DNA of 64,000 nucleotides. Origin: Mizuhopecten yessoensis. Lineage: Eukaryota. The notes beneath the pieces are model-generated. The model searched no databases, had not been told where the DNA came from, and saw nothing but the letters and a program-made list of their open reading frames with translations. This document shows positions 62,414 to 64,000 of this stretch, one piece after another. The stretch's first letter is position 1; each line of letters begins with the position of its first letter. Where the stretch lies: the NCBI RefSeq assembly GCF_002113885.1, contig NW_018407364.1:555224-619223 (forward strand), read 5' to 3'. A program made the position numbers and the translations under genes.

Positions 62414-62940
62414 ATTTTTGTCTTGCCGTCATGAGGTAGCGGAAGCGAGACTAAAGTTTTGCTTTTCTGGCAACGACGGCGGCGCCAACATCAAGTTATG
62501 CGTTTAAGTTAGTTTCACTGAAAGTATAAGTGCTAGACCAACCAAACTTGGACCATAGATGCATCTTAGGCAGTACAGCTCAACCCATGCATCAAATGCT
62601 GGATGCAGCCTACCTTTCATGGTCCGTTGACTTTGTCAGCATCTCCATCAACATTCAGGTTTTTGCATTTAAGTAATTTCTCTGAAAGTATAAGTGCTAG
62701 ACCAACCAAACTTGGACCATAGATGTATCCTAGGTAGTACATCTCAACCCATGCATCAGATGCTGGATGCAGCCTACCTTTTATGGTCCATTGACTTTGT
62801 CAGCATCTCAATCAACATTATTTTTTTTGCGTTTAAAATAGTTTCTCTAAAAATATAAATGCTAGACCAACCAAACTGTACATGTGCATTGATGGTCAAA
62901 GCGGGGCACAAGCGAGCCGTATCAATCCGAATGGCTTGTA
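62414..62940 (+). mobile_element. Helentron-like non-autonomous element with ~2.3 internal 164-bp tandem units
   Basis: TTTTTGTCTTGCC...GCGAGAC short inverted repeat, GGC microsatellite, AAAGTATAAGTGCTAGACCAACCAAAC at 62521, 62685 and ~62850. Confidence 0.65.
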
Positions 62941-63372
62941 TAGAAACTATACATGTGCATTTAATTACATTACATTTAGAGTTATAATCATGTGATCATG
63001 GTTCTTAATATGAATGCAGACAAATTAAATAACACACATTAGTGAATTATGAATATTTGTCTGCAGTCCTGTTCACACAATTATATAGATATAATTCTAA
63101 ACAGAATGCAGTTCAATACTTATATTTATAATTTCCATTTGTTTAAAAATAAATCAATATTTAAATTTTATTTTTCCTCTTAACATTTAAAAAAGTTATT
63201 AACAAATGAAAAAAACCAATTGACCGCCATCTGATCGGTTGTGATGATGACGTCACAATTGTAATGACGTCGTAATCATCAGTAATTCAGATTCATGGTC
63301 TCATGAATGACAGCCACCCTTGGTAGGTTTACAGAGCAGATGTAAAGATTTGTCTATTGTCTGTTTATATAG

Positions 63373-63493
63373 AGAGTAGAGGAAGAGGAAGGGGATGACA
63401 TGGCCCACATACAGCAATGGGCTACTGATGTCACCAACCACACTCTGGCAGATCTCCTGACGGTCAGCGTGCTGGACACTGGATGTCATACAG
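63373..63493 (+). CDS. SAM-domain protein, coding exon 5 (RVEEEEGDDMAHIQQWATDV...GCHT)
   Basis: Acceptor TTTATATAG| phase 0, donor G|GTCAGT phase 1; bridges the phases of exons 4 and 6. Confidence 0.75.
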
Positions 63494-63871
63494 GTCAGTT
63501 CCTCTGGTCAAAAAAACGTTAACAGTATAGTCATAACTTATGTGATAATGCTTAAATTCTAATTTGATAGGTCAGTTCATATTTTGTCATGGTTGAAATA
63601 CATTTGAAAGAGACCATACATGCAGGTCAGTATCATATGTCAAAGGTCATTGGGATGGACACTAATGTAAATAAAGTCTTGATAATTCAGTCATCTTCAT
63701 TCCCAAGAACATCTGAGTTTTAAAATAAATGATTACAGAGACAATGGTAAAAAAAAGAATCCGAAACACTGGCTGGGTAAGTAGTAGGCTAACTTGATTA
63801 GTATGATTACTGATAGGAGGATTTAAATGTTTAAATGAATTTCATATCAAAATGTTGACTTGTTGCTGTAG

Positions 63872-64000
63872 ATGAACCAGATGCTACCGGACTTGCCAGT
63901 GTTTTGAAGGAGGAAGGAGCCAGGCCGTCCTACAGTAGGCGTACTCCGAAATTGTCCAGTAGACAGAGTCTGGCTGTGCCTCCAAGCACGAGTGAGATCA
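63872..64000 (+). CDS. SAM-domain protein, coding exon 6 (runs off window end)
   Basis: Acceptor TTGCTGTAG|; phase-1 frame open to the end: DEPDATGLASVLKEEGARPSYSRRTPKLSSRQSLAVPPSTSEI. Confidence 0.7.

Overview
AT-rich eukaryotic genomic DNA. The repeat content (V-type SINEs, Helentron-like elements, a CR1-group LINE tail) points to a bivalve mollusc, possibly a scallop; this is inference. Three spliced + strand genes can be built by hand with consistent GT-AG junctions and phases: (1) a complete 4-exon CYP2-clan cytochrome P450 (3797-9987, 496 aa); (2) a single-repeat beta-thymosin (21084-27449, 41 aa, 6.2-kb intron); (3) the first six coding exons of a large SAM-domain, low-complexity/coiled-coil protein (56272 to beyond the window end). 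About a quarter of the window is four tandem arrays (35, 36, 37 and 28-bp units), which generate most of the repetitive ORFs in the track. The rest holds many MITEs, SINEs and TE relics. The most notable signals are not in the ORF track. First, at least four tiny non-autonomous LTR elements (TRIM-like) carry a tRNA-derived Pol III promoter inside their LTRs, with PPT, mostly a PBS, and in one case a 4-bp TSD. Second, four Penelope-type minimal hammerhead-ribozyme motifs are present, one with an intact core. Third, an intronic minisatellite multiplies AP-1/ARE-like motifs inside the thymosin gene. Fourth, a 37-bp satellite has recaptured its own flank and carries palindrome-anchored inversions. 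All coordinates, counts and alignments were made by eye; no database searches were run.
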